The notes under the pieces were generated by a model, which saw nothing but the letters and a program-made list of their open reading frames with translations, was not told where the DNA came from and searched no databases. Both the position numbers and the translations under genes were made by a program. Below, one piece after another: positions 51,098 through 63,325 of a DNA stretch of 64,000 nucleotides. Within the stretch, counting starts at the first letter, position 1. The number at the start of each line of letters is the position of its first letter. Origin of the DNA: Squalus acanthias (lineage: Eukaryota); NCBI GenBank assembly GCA_030390025.1, contig CM059431.1, positions 104,410,001 to 104,474,000 of the forward strand, read 5' to 3'.

Positions 51098-51904
51098 ATT
51101 GTACCATTATTCAAGTTTAGAGGGGGCGCTGTGAATAAAAGTCCTGAATTTAAACATGTTGGGGTAGAGTTTCCGCTTCGGGCGCAATCGGCAACCCGGG
51201 TGCAATTTGAGCTAGTTTTCCGAAGGGAAGTTATGGTTCAAGTTTCTGCTCAAACTCATTCGCATATCGCTGAACGAAATATCGTCGGTGAACCAGCGCA
51301 ATCGGGAAGCGTTTTAGAACGTCATCACTTATTCTTTTTTCTTGCATTAAAATTTATTCCCTGATGTGTTCAAGAGCTGGTAACCTGGTGCGGTTTTATT
51401 AATACAGCTGAGAATGGGTTTATCACCAAAAATATAAGCATTTTTAATCAGAGTGTCTAGTCCACCACCTGCGAGTAACCTGATTTTAAATAACTGAGAA
51501 TGACTTTAAAAAAACTATACCGAACCATTTACTGGTTTCATTGGTGTACAATCGTCAGGTTCTTAGTAAGTTGTCTTTAAAAGCTAGTGTCCTTGCATTT
51601 AAAAGAAACCAGCTTAATTTGAAGAGCTTCCTCGCAGGGCCGCAAAACGGGCGCAATTATTGGAAACTCGCCGTGCTCATTAATTCCATCTGGGGGCGGG
51701 GCCGGTTTTGTGGGCGGGACTGGCTTCCAGCAGGATGCTTTTTCAACCAGTGCAAAAAGATGGTGGAAACTCGAGTTACGCTGGCCGTAACTTGCGCTTG
51801 AAATCCTTTGATCCTTTCCGCTGGTTTGGCCGATCATGGGCGTATGGCGCTGGAAGAACCAACGCGACCTAGGCTGTTGTATGAGCAGAATCTTTTCAGT
51901 AACC

Positions 51905-52386
51905 AAGTAATAATCCAAAGATAACAACAGAAAATGCTGGAAAAACTCAGCAGGCCAGGCAGCATCCGTGGAGAGAGAAACAGAGTTAACGTTTCAGGTC
52001 GAAGACCTTTCGTCAGAACTGGAAAAAAGCAGGAAATGAAATAGATTTAAAGCAAGTATAAAGCTGGGAAAAGGGGGAGGGGGATGAAAGAACAAAAGGA
52101 GAGATTAAGAGACATTGAGAGACATTAAGAGATAATCAAGGCAAGAGGAGGTGGTAATGTAACAGGTTGAGGCTAAAAGAAGTGTGAAATGCACTGGCAG
52201 AATGAAGGACAGCTGCCAGCTTCTGGGAGGAAAAAAAAAGGGGGAGCCAAACAAAAGGGTGGATGAAAAAATAAAATATAAATGTGATAGGGGCCGAGGT
52301 TATGATCTAAAATTGTTGAACTCGATGTTGAGTCCAGAGGGCTGTAGGGTGCCTAAACGAAAGATGAGGTGTTGTTCCTCGAGCTT
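51905..52386 (-). mobile_element. Penelope-like element 3' end
   Basis: GTLQPSGLNIEF region plus pseudo-LTR homologous to 16030-16620. Confidence 0.88.
51983..52022 (-). ncRNA. Minimal hammerhead ribozyme motif (Penelope-type)
   Basis: AGUU-CUGACGA-A-AGGUC(UUC)GACCU-GAAA-CG-UU-AACU. Confidence 0.7.
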
Positions 52387-52735
52387 ACCAAAGATATTTG
52401 GTAAAGAAGGAAAAATGAAAATAAATTTAATATTTTTCTTAACCTTCACTATATAAAAAAACACAACTGGAGAATTTGGTTAGTTGGAGATGAGAGAGGG
52501 TTGCTGAATTTGATTACCCTCTGTGTTAAGTTACGAAAGAAAAAGTAGATCATATTATTTGGCACAGAACGCTGTATTTGTTCACTGGGAGCGCACGTTC
52601 TCAGTGATCTTCTGTTCTTGCCAGAAGTACAGAAGCAGCAAGCCTGGCCCTCTCAGCAACTAGTCCCATGTTGGCCACCGCTACATGAAACAGGCACCAG
52701 CCTGAGGGCTTTGCTGATTTAAGGGAAGGATCATA

Positions 52736-53478
52736 GGGGGAAAAATTAGGTCGCGCCCCATTTGGGGCGCAAATATCGTCTGGACGCAAATATTAGCGCC
52801 TGGCGCTAATTATCGCCACTGACTGGAAACTTCACTTTTACCGCCCCGGGAGGTGAGTGGAGCGCTAAATCAGGCGCTGCACACCTGTCTTAAGGCGCAA
52901 AGGCCGAGCAGTGAGGCGCTAACTCAGAGCGCGAGCGCAGCGCAGCTGCTGCCAGTTAGCGAGGGAACACAGACACACTGGCGCCGGCCACTTCTTAAAG
53001 CGGGGGGGGGGGGCAACTGTTAGGATCAGTAGGCAAAACTACCTCACAAAGCGTTGACTCAATGCAGAAGTCTCTCTTTCTCTCTCTCCGAATCTCTCTC
53101 TCTCTCTCAGAACAAGTGGTGCACAAATGTCAACCACAGAAAAAGACAGGAAGAGGCCTCCTTTAAATAGCGCCCCCCCCAGCCCCACAGCGATTGATAG
53201 CGTTCCAGTCTTCCGGTCGTTGGATGCGCCAGGCGGTAAGGCAGGGGGCGCCACTCAATTTCCGCTCTGGGGCGCCACAAGGGCGTTGCACCATGGAATG
53301 ACGTCACAATCTGCGCGCGCAGGTGGTCGCAGCGGTAAAGTTTAGCGCTGCCGCACAATGTCTAGTTAAGTTCCCGAGCGGCGCAAACATCGCTGCGCCC
53401 GGGTGTTAGCGGCTTTGCGTCCCATTAGCGCCCTCTTAAGGCGCTAACGGGAGGCGCAACCAACTGAATTTTTACCCC
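52736..53478. mobile_element. Harbinger MITE, TSD ATA, inserted in a CR1 tail
   Basis: GGGGGAAAAATT / AATTTTTACCCC; ATA on both flanks. Confidence 0.88.
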
Positions 53479-53479
53479 A

Positions 53480-54020
53480 TAGAATCATAGAATAGCACAG
53501 CACAGAAGGAGGCCATTCAACCCCTCGAGTCTGCGCCGGCTCTTTCGAAGAGCAATCCAGTTAGTCCCACTCTCCCCCGCTCTTTCCCCAAATCTCTGCA
53601 ATTTTTTTCTCCTTCAAGTATTTATCCAATTCCCTTTTCAAGGCTGCCATTGAATCTGTATCCACCACCCTTTCATTCCAAATCCTAACCACTCTTTGCG
53701 TAATAAAATTTTTCCTCATGTCGCCTCTGGTTCTTTTGCCAATCACCTTAAATCTGTGCCCTCTGGTTATTGACCCTTCAGTCATTGGAAACAGTTTCTC
53801 TTTATTTACGCTATCAAAATCTTTCATGATTTTGAACACCTCGATCAAATCTCCTCTTAGTCTTTTCAGCTCCAAGGACAACAACCCCAGCTTCTCTAGT
53901 CTATCCAGATAACTATAATCCCTCATCCCTGGACCATTCTACTAAATCCCTTATGTACCCTCTCCAAAGCCTTTACATTACTTCCTAAAATGTGCTGCCC
54001 AGAATTGGACACAATACACC
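53480..54020 (-). mobile_element. CR1 3' fragment
   Basis: RLRGDLIEVFKIM ORF and tail. Confidence 0.9.
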
Positions 54021-54393
54021 AGTGGGAGCCGAAGCACAAGGTGAGTCATTTCACACAGGTGTTGAAGGGGCAGAGAAGGATTGGCTGCTGCTGTGTGGAG
54101 GCAACAGGTCCAAAATCCAGAATGCAATCATTGTAGACTTTAATACACTTGCAAACAGATTGCAAAGAAACAGGAGTGAGAGGTGCTGAGGGTTTAAGGG
54201 AGTGCAACAGTCTGTGCTGGAGTAGATAAATGTCTAACTCGAGGAATCAAACTCCAACAGGGCAATGCTGGCAGGTGCGCAGGTACAGGCAAGTGCCTCC
54301 AAAAGCACCTATCTTGCCTGAATCTTGCCTCAGACAAGTGGCAGGAGTAGAGATCACTAGCAAGCAGGCTCCACACATGGAATAGGACAGGCT

Positions 54394-56061
54394 TGGCTCG
54401 ATTTTAATAGCCCTGAGGAGGCGGGTTTAGAGGCGGGTCAGCTGCGAAAATTGGAAAAAATGGCTTCAGACACCCAACCCGCCTCCATCCCGCCCCCACC
54501 CGATTTTCGTGAGTGTCTGTTCAGCCGCTCCCAAACTGACCTGACTCCAACCGGAGGGACAGGTAGTTAAGGCAGTTAAGAGCCTGTTAACTGCCTTGCT
54601 AATCCTATTTTGACAGAGGTTTCCCATTTTCGTGCCTCTGGCTCCTGTTTCCCGTCTTGTCAGAAACAGTCCAGCTGCAAGGAGACGAGTTGGTGGAGGA
54701 CATGATCTGTAGTCATTAATGGTGCAGAACTTTAAAAGCACTCCTGTAACATGGCTGGCATTCAAATGCTACAATTTTGTTGTTGGAGGTTTGGGATAAG
54801 ATTTTGCAAATCTACTGACCTTGTGACTGGTCAAGCTGACACCCATCTGCTGTGTGAACTGATTGGAATAATTTCAGGCCACTTTGAGTGTGCGCTTGCA
54901 AGCTTCTTGCCTCAACTGAAATCTGGGAACCATTTACATCCTCTCATCCTGGTCGTCAGATTCGGAGGAAGAGCAGCGCGGCTTAGTGCTGCCGGATGAA
55001 AAAGTGGCTCAGCACACAGCCTCCTTGAAGGAAGATGAAGAGGACGAGGATGAGGAGGAGGACAGGGAGTGACGCCTTGCGGGGTCGGATGTGGCCAGTC
55101 CAGCAGCAGATGACCACATTGATGGCCGTCAGGCAAGGGATGCACTCATCCATGCCAGATTCGCGTAAACTAATGCTTCAACCACAGGTGGCTGGCACAT
55201 GGAGATGAGTATAAGTCCGACAGTCTCAAACCCCAGGCATCATCTGTCCAATAAATGATGGTTTGCGCTCAGTGTCACTGCCATCATTCTACATGGAAAT
55301 CACCCTGAGCCCTCACTCTTGAACTTCCATTTCTCAGAACACAGAGGCCACACTTTAGGTGATCTCAGCAGATCATTAAACCTTTTTTGACACTAAACCC
55401 ATGTGCGTCTGCACACAGACCTCGAACTCACCTCCTCAGCAATTTGCAGCCAAGCTGCCTTGGTTTGCTGAGGAGGCCTCCTCCTTCTGTTTCCAGGAAG
55501 AGGAGCTCCTGACATCCTCTAACTCCCTCAACAAAAGAGCATGGAGAGAGCCCTCATTGAACCTGGGTGCAGCCTTAGTTTTTGGGGCTGCCGTTCCTGC
55601 AGCTCCCAGCACCTTTAAGAGAAAAAAGCATTAAAATTACTAAGCAAATATTTGGAACACATCTGGCATCTTTTTCATTTCACAGTCAGATAATAAAGTC
55701 ATATATCAAAATACCATGAATCTCTTTCTGGAATAAGATGACCAGCAATATCATTCATTAAATTTTGGTCAGAACAGACGTTGTCAACTCTCCTTTCTAG
55801 ATAATAAAGCACCAAGCCATCCCAATGATATTTGTATGCAAAGGGGGCATGGCCCCCTTAAATTTTCAAACAAACAACGCGTCATCAGACACGAGAAACT
55901 GACATCCTCCAAGCAATTGCGTGGAGGGACCCGCACGTCGGCTGTAACGAGGCCAATGAAGCAAAAATCGAAGTGCTGGGAGGCGGCAGCCGGGTGCGGG
56001 TCCGAAAGCTGCCAAGCAGCGGGCCCGCCCTCAACCCGCCTCCGTTATTAAAATCGAGCCC
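54394..56061 (-). mobile_element. Harbinger deletion derivative with Myb/SANT-like gene remnant, TSD GCT
   Basis: TIR GGCTCGATTTTAATA; KAAPRFNE...WLQIAEEVSSRSVCRRTWV*CQKRFNDL at ~55360-55580. Confidence 0.9.
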
Positions 56062-56445
56062 GCTATGTCTGGTACTCGGGGCTGTCAGGGTTTACCACAC
56101 ATAGTGATTGGTGCTTGAGTCGCAATAATCACATTCTCAGAATGTCCCAGTGCGCTTCACAACAAAGGAATTACTTTTGAAATGCCGTCATTCTTGTAGA
56201 GTATTGAAAGACGGCAGGCAATTCGCAGGAAGCAAGGTTCGATAAGCAGCAACTGAGGTAATGACCAATGAATCTGTTTTCGGTGATGTTGCTTAAGGAA
56301 AGAATGTTGACCAAGCCATGAGATGAGCTCCTTGCTCTTTTTCAAAGGGTGTCATGGAATATTTTACATCTGCCTGAATAGGGAAATGGGGCCCCAGTTT
56401 AATGTTTCGTCTGAAAGCCAATAACTGGGAACATGCCGCACTCAT

Positions 56446-56900
56446 GTCAGGCGTGGTTCAGTGGGTCGCACCCTCGCCTCTGAGTCAGAAGGTTGTGGGT
56501 TCGATCCCCACTCCAGAGACTTGAGCACAAAAATTAGGCTGATATTCCCGGGCAGTGCCGAGGGAGTGCTGCACTGTCGGAGGTGCCGCTTTTCGGATGA
56601 GACGTTAAAGCGAGGCCCCATCTGCTCTCTCCGGTGGACGTAAAAGATCCCACGGCCACTATTTCGAGGGGAGTTCTGTCCTGGGGCCAATATTTATCCC
56701 TCAACCAGCATCACTGAAGCAGATTACCTGGTCATTATCACATTGCTGTTTGTGGGATCTTGCTGTGTGTAAATTGGCTGCTGCGTTTCCCCCATTACAA
56801 CAATGACTACACTTGAAAAAGGACTTCATTGGCTGTAAAGCCCTTTGGGATGTCCTGAGGTCGTGAAAGGCGCTATAGAAATGCGAGTCTTTCTTTTTTT
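56446..56900 (+). mobile_element. DeuSINE nested in an older inverted degenerate DeuSINE (~56130-57010)
   Basis: Young + copy; diverged - copy on both flanks. Confidence 0.85.
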
Positions 56901-57584
56901 CCTTCAGCACTGCCCTGGAGTATCAGCTTAAATTATTTGCTCAAATCCTGGTTTGAATCCAAAACCTGCTGATGCAGAGAGGAGACTATTAACATCTGAG
57001 CCAAGCTGACACCTGGTGTTCCTCCTCGCAGGGTCTCAGGATCTCTCTGGTCCTCTTTCTCCTCCAGCAGCACGACCAGTGCAGACCGTCTTGCCGGTGC
57101 ACCGATGCCGTGGTGGGACTGAAACTCCTTGCGTCGTCTGTTGGCTGTGCTCCATTTTTTGGACCTCGTTGCACTGCCTTATTAACGCAATGTGAGCTCG
57201 AAGGCAACCGGGAGAAATTTTGAACATTCTCGTTTTAATTTGTGCTTAACAAACCCAAAAACTGTTAACACGGGTTCTGTGCATGAACATGCTGCAAAAC
57301 ACAATCTGTTCCCAAGAGGAATTTTAGTAAAGTGGACAAAGCATTAACAAATGCTCTGGTTATGTAAGCAGAATTACTGCACATTAATGCGCATTAAAAA
57401 CATAAATTGGCTCCAATACACGAAGGAATTTCACACCTACCCCATTGGTAATCAGCATAGATTGCTGATTCTTGTGGCATTGTGTGTAATTAATATATTC
57501 CTAAACATTACTGCGGATGCCTGCTTTACTGATTCATTTTCAATTCCTCGTATATGTTATAAAACATTACATCCCATAATAATA

Positions 57585-57995
57585 ACAACAACAACAACTT
57601 GTATTTATATAGCGCCTTTAACGTAGTAAAACGTCCCAAGGCTTTGCACAGGAGTATTGTCAGACAACAAATTTGACACTGATCCACATAAGGATAAATT
57701 AGGGCAGGTGACCAAAAGCTTGGTCAAAGAGGTAGGTTTTAAGGAGCTTCTTAAAGGAGGAAAGAGAGGTAGTGAGGCGGAGAGGATTAGGCAGGGAACT
57801 CCAGAGCTTAGGGCCCAGGCAACAGAGGGCACGGCCACCAAAGTTTGAGCGATTATAATCAAGGAACCTCAAAAGAGCAGAATTAGAGGAGCGCAGATAT
57901 CTCGGGGGATTGTGGGGCTGAAGGAGATCACAGAGATAGGAAGGGGCGAGGCCATGGAGGGATTTGAAAACAAGGATGAGAATTTTGAAATCGAG
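57585..57995 (-). mobile_element. L2 3' fragment
   Basis: Homologous to 7734-8140. Confidence 0.9.
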
Positions 57996-58054
57996 GGGCT
58001 GCTAATACATAAGACATTACACCCAATAATAAAACATTACCTCGCACATTCTTT

Positions 58055-58357
58055 TATTCGTTCCTGGGATGTGGGCGCAGCTGACAAGGTCGGCATTTAA
58101 TGCCCATCCCGAATTGCTCTTGACCTGCCTTCTTGAACCGCTGCAGTCCATGTGGCGAAGGTGCTTCGACGGTGCTATTAAGGAGAGAGTTCCAGGATTT
58201 TGACCCAGCGACGATGAAGGAACGGCCGATATATTTCCAAAGTCAGGATGGTGTGTGACTTGGAGGGGAACTTGGAGGTGGTGGTGTTCCCATGCACCTG
58301 CTGCCCTTGTCCTTCTAGTCGGTAGAGGTCGCGGGTTTTGGAGGTGCTGTCGAAGAA
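58055..58357 (-). mobile_element. 3' fragment of the same LINE family as 6880-7503
   Basis: Near-identical RTRAAGAWEHHH segment. Confidence 0.85.
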
Positions 58358-58382
58358 ACAGTAACAGTGAGGAGAGCACATA

Positions 58383-59258
58383 GGCCGCGATTTTGCCAGT
58401 GCTCAGAGGGCGGGTTTGGAGGCGGGTCAAAGGGTAAAATCGTTTTGATTGACGGCGGGTTGCGATCCCGCCGTCAACCCGCCTCCAAACAATTTTCCCA
58501 AGTGTCGGGTCCCCGATTTGCGCATGGACCCGACATCTAGCGGCAGGAAGAGGATTAAAGCCAATTACCTGCCCATTAACAGGTAATTGATAGTAGTTGA
58601 CAGGCTATTTTTAAATTTTGCTGCTTCTGCCTCGGGTTTCCTGACGTCCGGACACCACGCCAGGTAAGTGTGGCGTGTTGTGAGTCTACTGTAACATTTC
58701 TGGATTGATGACAGCTGCAGAAGTGGTGTGAAGGATCCAATGGTGCACTGGTGAGTCTCAAAGATAAGAAAATGTTGGGAAAAACATTTTTAATGCATTT
58801 GCACATTTCTTTAGGTAACAAGTTTTGAAATCCATGTCCAGTGCCACCTCATTGGGAGAACCTCTCTCGCCAGTGACAGATCGCTTCTGTCACCTCACCT
58901 GCAGCTGCCATCTATTCCAGCCTATGGAGGGAGTCATTGGCGAGCCTGGGTGCAAGAGGTCACCTTTGTACAGTGATTGTCAGTGTTTGCAGCACCTCAA
59001 TGCTGTCAAATACTGAGAAAACAGCTGTCAAAAAAAATTGTGCATGGTCCCTTTAAGTAAACCGGCAGATGACATGCCATCAAATGATGTCATCTGACTG
59101 GCTTCCTCTTAATTGGCCAGCAAGCCCGCAGGGCGGGCTTAACAAGGTCAATCGACGTAAAATCACATCTGTGGGCCGGATGCAGTTGGGGGCAGGACTG
59201 GAAGCCGGAAACCACCTGACCCGCACTCAATCCGCCTCCATTGAAAAAAATCACGGCC
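58383..59258. mobile_element. Harbinger MITE, inverted relative of 1093-1961
   Basis: GGCCGCGATTTT / AAAATCACGGCC TIR; colinear internal homology. Confidence 0.88.
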
Positions 59259-59260
59259 AA

Positions 59261-60135
59261 AAAGTCTGCAAAGGGATATAGATAGACTAAGTGAGTGGGC
59301 AGTAAGGTGGCAGATGGAGTATAATGTAGGGAAATGTGAGGTTATTCACTTTGGTAGCAAGAATAGAAAAACAGAATATTTTTTAAATGGTGAGAAACTT
59401 TCAAATGTTGGTGTTCAGAGAGATTTGGGTGTCCTTGTGCAAGAATCACAGAAAGCTAGCATGCCGGTACAGCAAGCAATAAGGAAGGCAAATGGCATGT
59501 TGGCCTTTATTGCAAGGCGGTTGGAGTATAAGAGTAAGGAAGTCTTGCTACAATTGTACAGGGCCTTGGTGCGACCACACCTGGAGTACTGTGCACAGTT
59601 CTGGTCTCCTTATCTAAGGAAGGATATACTTGCCTTGGAGGCGGTGCAACAAAGGTTCACTAGATTGATTCCTGGGATGAGAGGGCTGTCCTATGATGAG
59701 AGATTGTGTAGAATGGACCTATACTCTCTGGAGTTTAGAAGAATGAGAGGTGATCTCATTGAAACATACAAGATTCTGAAAGGGATTGACAGGGTAGATG
59801 CTGAGAGGTTGTTTCCCCTGGCTGGAGTGTCTAGAACTAGGGGGCATAGTCTCAGGATAAGGGGTCGGCCGTTTAAGACTGAGATGAGGAGGAATTTCTT
59901 CAGTCAGAGGGTTGTGAATCTTTGGAATTCTCTGCCCCGAGGGCTGTGGATGCTGAGTCTTTGAGTATATTCAAGGCTGAGATCGATAGATTTTTGGACT
60001 CTAGGGGAATCAAGGGATCTGGGGATCGGGCGGGAAAGTGGAGTTGAGGTCGAAGATCAGCCATGATCTTATTGAATGGCGGAGCAGGCTCGAGGGGCCG
60101 TATGGCCTGCTCCTGCTCTTACTTCTTATGTTCTT
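59261..60135 (+). mobile_element. CR1 3' fragment
   Basis: RT C-terminal ORF 59314-59964 and tail. Confidence 0.95.
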
Positions 60136-61097
60136 ATTACATCCCAAATAATAAAGCATTACACCGACATAATAAAGTATTATATCCCACAGTGAAATTA
60201 TCTGCATGAAATGTATTGTGAGCTTTTATTAATTAGTATGGTTGCATGCTAGCGTAGCACATATTGGGAATTCAGATAGAGAGCTCTGCAGACTGCACAC
60301 ACTTTCAATCGAATTAAGTGCACTCCCGTTGTGCTGTGCTCTGTGCCAGGAATGCTGATTGATAAAATCCACCCCAAATTTTGTATTTCATGGAGGTATT
60401 GCCAGAATTAGGGACAGATGATAGTTTAGAAAAACATTCCAAAAATGCACTCATCAATTTAGTTACCAATTACTTTCAATTGACACCACTTTAATCTTTA
60501 TTGGTTTTCCTAATGTGCTATTAGCAGAAAGCACGATAACATATTTTGGGGATACAGTCCCAAATCCCACTCTGGCTGTAACTTACGAGTGGCTTTCTTG
60601 CTCTCAAATTACCAGATCACGTCACTGGTGGGATTTGCGTTGTGTCCCACAATAACAGATCCTCCATGGATTATCCAGTCTGCGCAAAAGTTTTGCTCCG
60701 TCAATCTTTAGGCTGACCAATGTTGTAATCTATATTAACCTGCCGCAACACCAACTCCTTCTCCCTGGCTAAAATATTAATAAACCTTTTAAATGTTAAC
60801 CCAACATTTGAAATGATGATGTAGAATGCAAAAAAAAATATACATAAACAGAACAAATGCTAGCTGGTGGCAACTGAGATAAAATGAATATGGCACTGTT
60901 CTGTGTGAGCCAGACAAGCCACTTGTAACTGTGTTGCTGTTAAGTTATAACATTATCCATAACATTACAACAAAAATGCTTATCACACTCAAGGCAGGAT
61001 AGTACACTGTATGTAGTTTGTGCCTCTCGATGTTCTATCATTCAGTTCAAAAGACCTGACAGGACTTTGAATGCAGGACATTTTACTTTGATCTGAG

Positions 61098-61365
61098 GAC
61101 TGAGAGGAGGAGAAATTTCTTCACTCAGAGGGTGGTGAATCTTTGGAATTCTCTACTCCAGAGGGCTGTGGAGGCTCAGTCATTGAGTATATTCAAGACT
61201 GAGAGCGATAGATTTTTGAATATTAAGAGAATCAAGCGATATGAGGATAGAGCAGGAAAGTGGAGTTGAGGTAGAAGATCAGCCATGATCTTATTGAATG
61301 GCGGAGCAGGCTCGAAGGGCCAAATGGCCGACTCCTGCTCCTATTTCTTATGTTCTTATGATCTT
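61098..61365 (+). mobile_element. CR1 3' fragment
   Basis: 3' UTR and tail. Confidence 0.9.
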
Positions 61366-61915
61366 ATCACAATATATTTCCAGTCTCGGCTTTTGTTTCT
61401 GTTGCTGCTTTATTTCCATCGTGCAGTCGTTCTTTGTCTGCCGCTTTCATTCAGCCTGAGTGAGATGTATTATATTGGTACTGCACCGCAGAATGATCGG
61501 CTGTGAATTTGTCCCTAATTTTCCCCCATGTGTTTTAAGGCTTTCATGGTTGTTTTCTGTCACATCCTAGAAGCCAAACCAAGAATGGCAATGTGAAGGC
61601 TTGGTGAAAAGCTCACTCAGTGTGCTCTCTCAGCCAGGTACTGTTGTGAGGCACAGGGAAGAAAGAAAGAAAGACTTGCATTTCTACAGCGCCTTTCACA
61701 ACCTCAGGACGTCCCAAAGCGCTTTACAGCCAGACATGTTCCAACAAAAAAAATGTACATGTTTTTATGGGTCACATATTGCTACCATAATATACCATAC
61801 TATATTCTGACTGAATCTTATAACCTTCACATACTTTCCCAATAGTTCACTCGTTTCCTCCTTCTGCCAGCTCTGCAAAAATGTAAGAGGAAATTTCCTT
61901 GTTCCCTGCACTCAC

Positions 61916-62959
61916 CAAAATGAAAAGAGGGTAATCTCAAGGATTTTCCCCCAAGATCAGCCTCATTGCAAGTTCATGGTGAGCCCTTGGTATGAATTGG
62001 GCAGAAGGAGGTGGGAAATAGCATCTGAAGATTTGCAATGCAAGGTAGAAGGCAGGGAAGAAGGACGAATGCCCTCTTTTGACGTCCAAGGCACCCTCCT
62101 TTCAGAAGGGGTTTGCCAGCTGCTTGACTGGAAAAAAGAGAGACTTGCATTTCTGTAGCACCTTTCACAACCACCGGAAGTCCCAAAGTGCTTTACAGCC
62201 GATGAAGCACTTTTGAAGTGTAGTCACTGTTGTAATGTGGGAAACGTGGCAACCAATTTGCGCACAGCAAGCTCCCACAAACAGCAATGTGATAATGACT
62301 AGATAATCTGTTTTAGTGATGTTGATAGAGGGATAAATATTGGCCCCAGGACACCGGGGAGAACTCCCCTGCTCTTCTTCAAAATGGTGCCATGGGATCT
62401 TTTACGTCCACCTGAGTGGGCAGACGGGGCCTCAGTTTAATGTCTCATCTGAAAGACGGCACCTCCAACAGTGCAGCACTCCCTCAGTACTAGCACTGGA
62501 GCATCAGCCTAGATTTTTGTGCTCAAGTCCCTGGAGTTGGATTCTGAACCCACAAACGTTCTGACTCAGAGGCGAGAGTGCTACCCACTGAGCCACGGCT
62601 GACATTGGGTGGTGGGCAATAGAGTCAATGAAGACCTGGAGATAGGTAAGGAAAGATAAGAATAGGTGAGAATAGGTGAGGAAAGAAAATAATATAGCCG
62701 AAAGGAAATTGCCAATGTAAGGCCATCCAGTAGTGCACAACATCTAGCAGGGGCACAAAGTATGCAGGACACTAACGGTTTCCTCTCAGCTGGTTAGACT
62801 CTGACTGTGGCTGCAAGCTTTGCACTCGACGAGCAGCTATCCCTGAGCCATGTTGCAGCAGGCCACACTTTCTTATTCTCACTGGAAACTGCAACTGTCG
62901 CTGCCCCATCATTTGGAAAGGCGATCTCGCAAAGCAAGCTGATCAGATGACAAACCTGC
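61916..62959 (-). pseudogene. Exon remnant split by DeuSINE: QVCHLISLLCEIAFPND...IAHHP/VKQLANPF*KEGALD...ENP*DYPLFIL
   Basis: aattaacag acceptor, gtgagt donor; frame continuous after SINE removal; four stops in ~190 codons. Confidence 0.65.
62132..62604 (-). mobile_element. DeuSINE, full length, inserted in pseudo-exon
   Basis: A/B boxes, core, tail. Confidence 0.9.
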
Positions 62960-62999
62960 CTGTTAATTTACTCACATCCAAGCTGTGGTGTAGGGTGGA

Positions 63000-63300
63000 C
63001 ACTTGTCTCTCCCTCTCACTTCTCTCTTTCTCTCACTTGTCTCTGTTCTCTTCACACTTCCAACATCCCAGTGCATCTTCTGTGCTTGCAGAGCACGGTT
63101 GTGCATAACCTGAAGCTCCAGACCCAAGGCCGAGGGTGTTGCCCACATTTCACACCTTTTACTCCATGTAAACAGGCCCTACTGGATGAGGTCGCACAGG
63201 AGAATTGTAAAGGGAATGCTGCTGAGGGTTCCCAGGAAGAACAGGGTGAGTACCCTCTTTTACTTCCTTCCCTCCCTAATACATTCACCTCAAAGCTAAA
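63000..63300 (+). mobile_element. Fossil exon of a Harbinger Myb-like gene in a pseudogene intron
   Basis: cttgcag...gtgagt exon; VVHNLKLQTQGRGCCPHFTPFTPCKQALL resembles the HN...TGGG....LTP.E motif. Confidence 0.55.
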
Positions 63301-63325
63301 CACCAAAAAGCACAATATTATTTAC

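Larger units (their letters stand above)
52518..54390 (-). pseudogene. Probable degraded exon interrupted by MITE and CR1 (FHVAVANMGLVAERARLAASVLLARTEDH*ERALPVNKYSVLCQII)
   Basis: Protein-like minus-strand frames on both sides of the 52736-54020 TE block; gtaatc donor. Confidence 0.35.
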
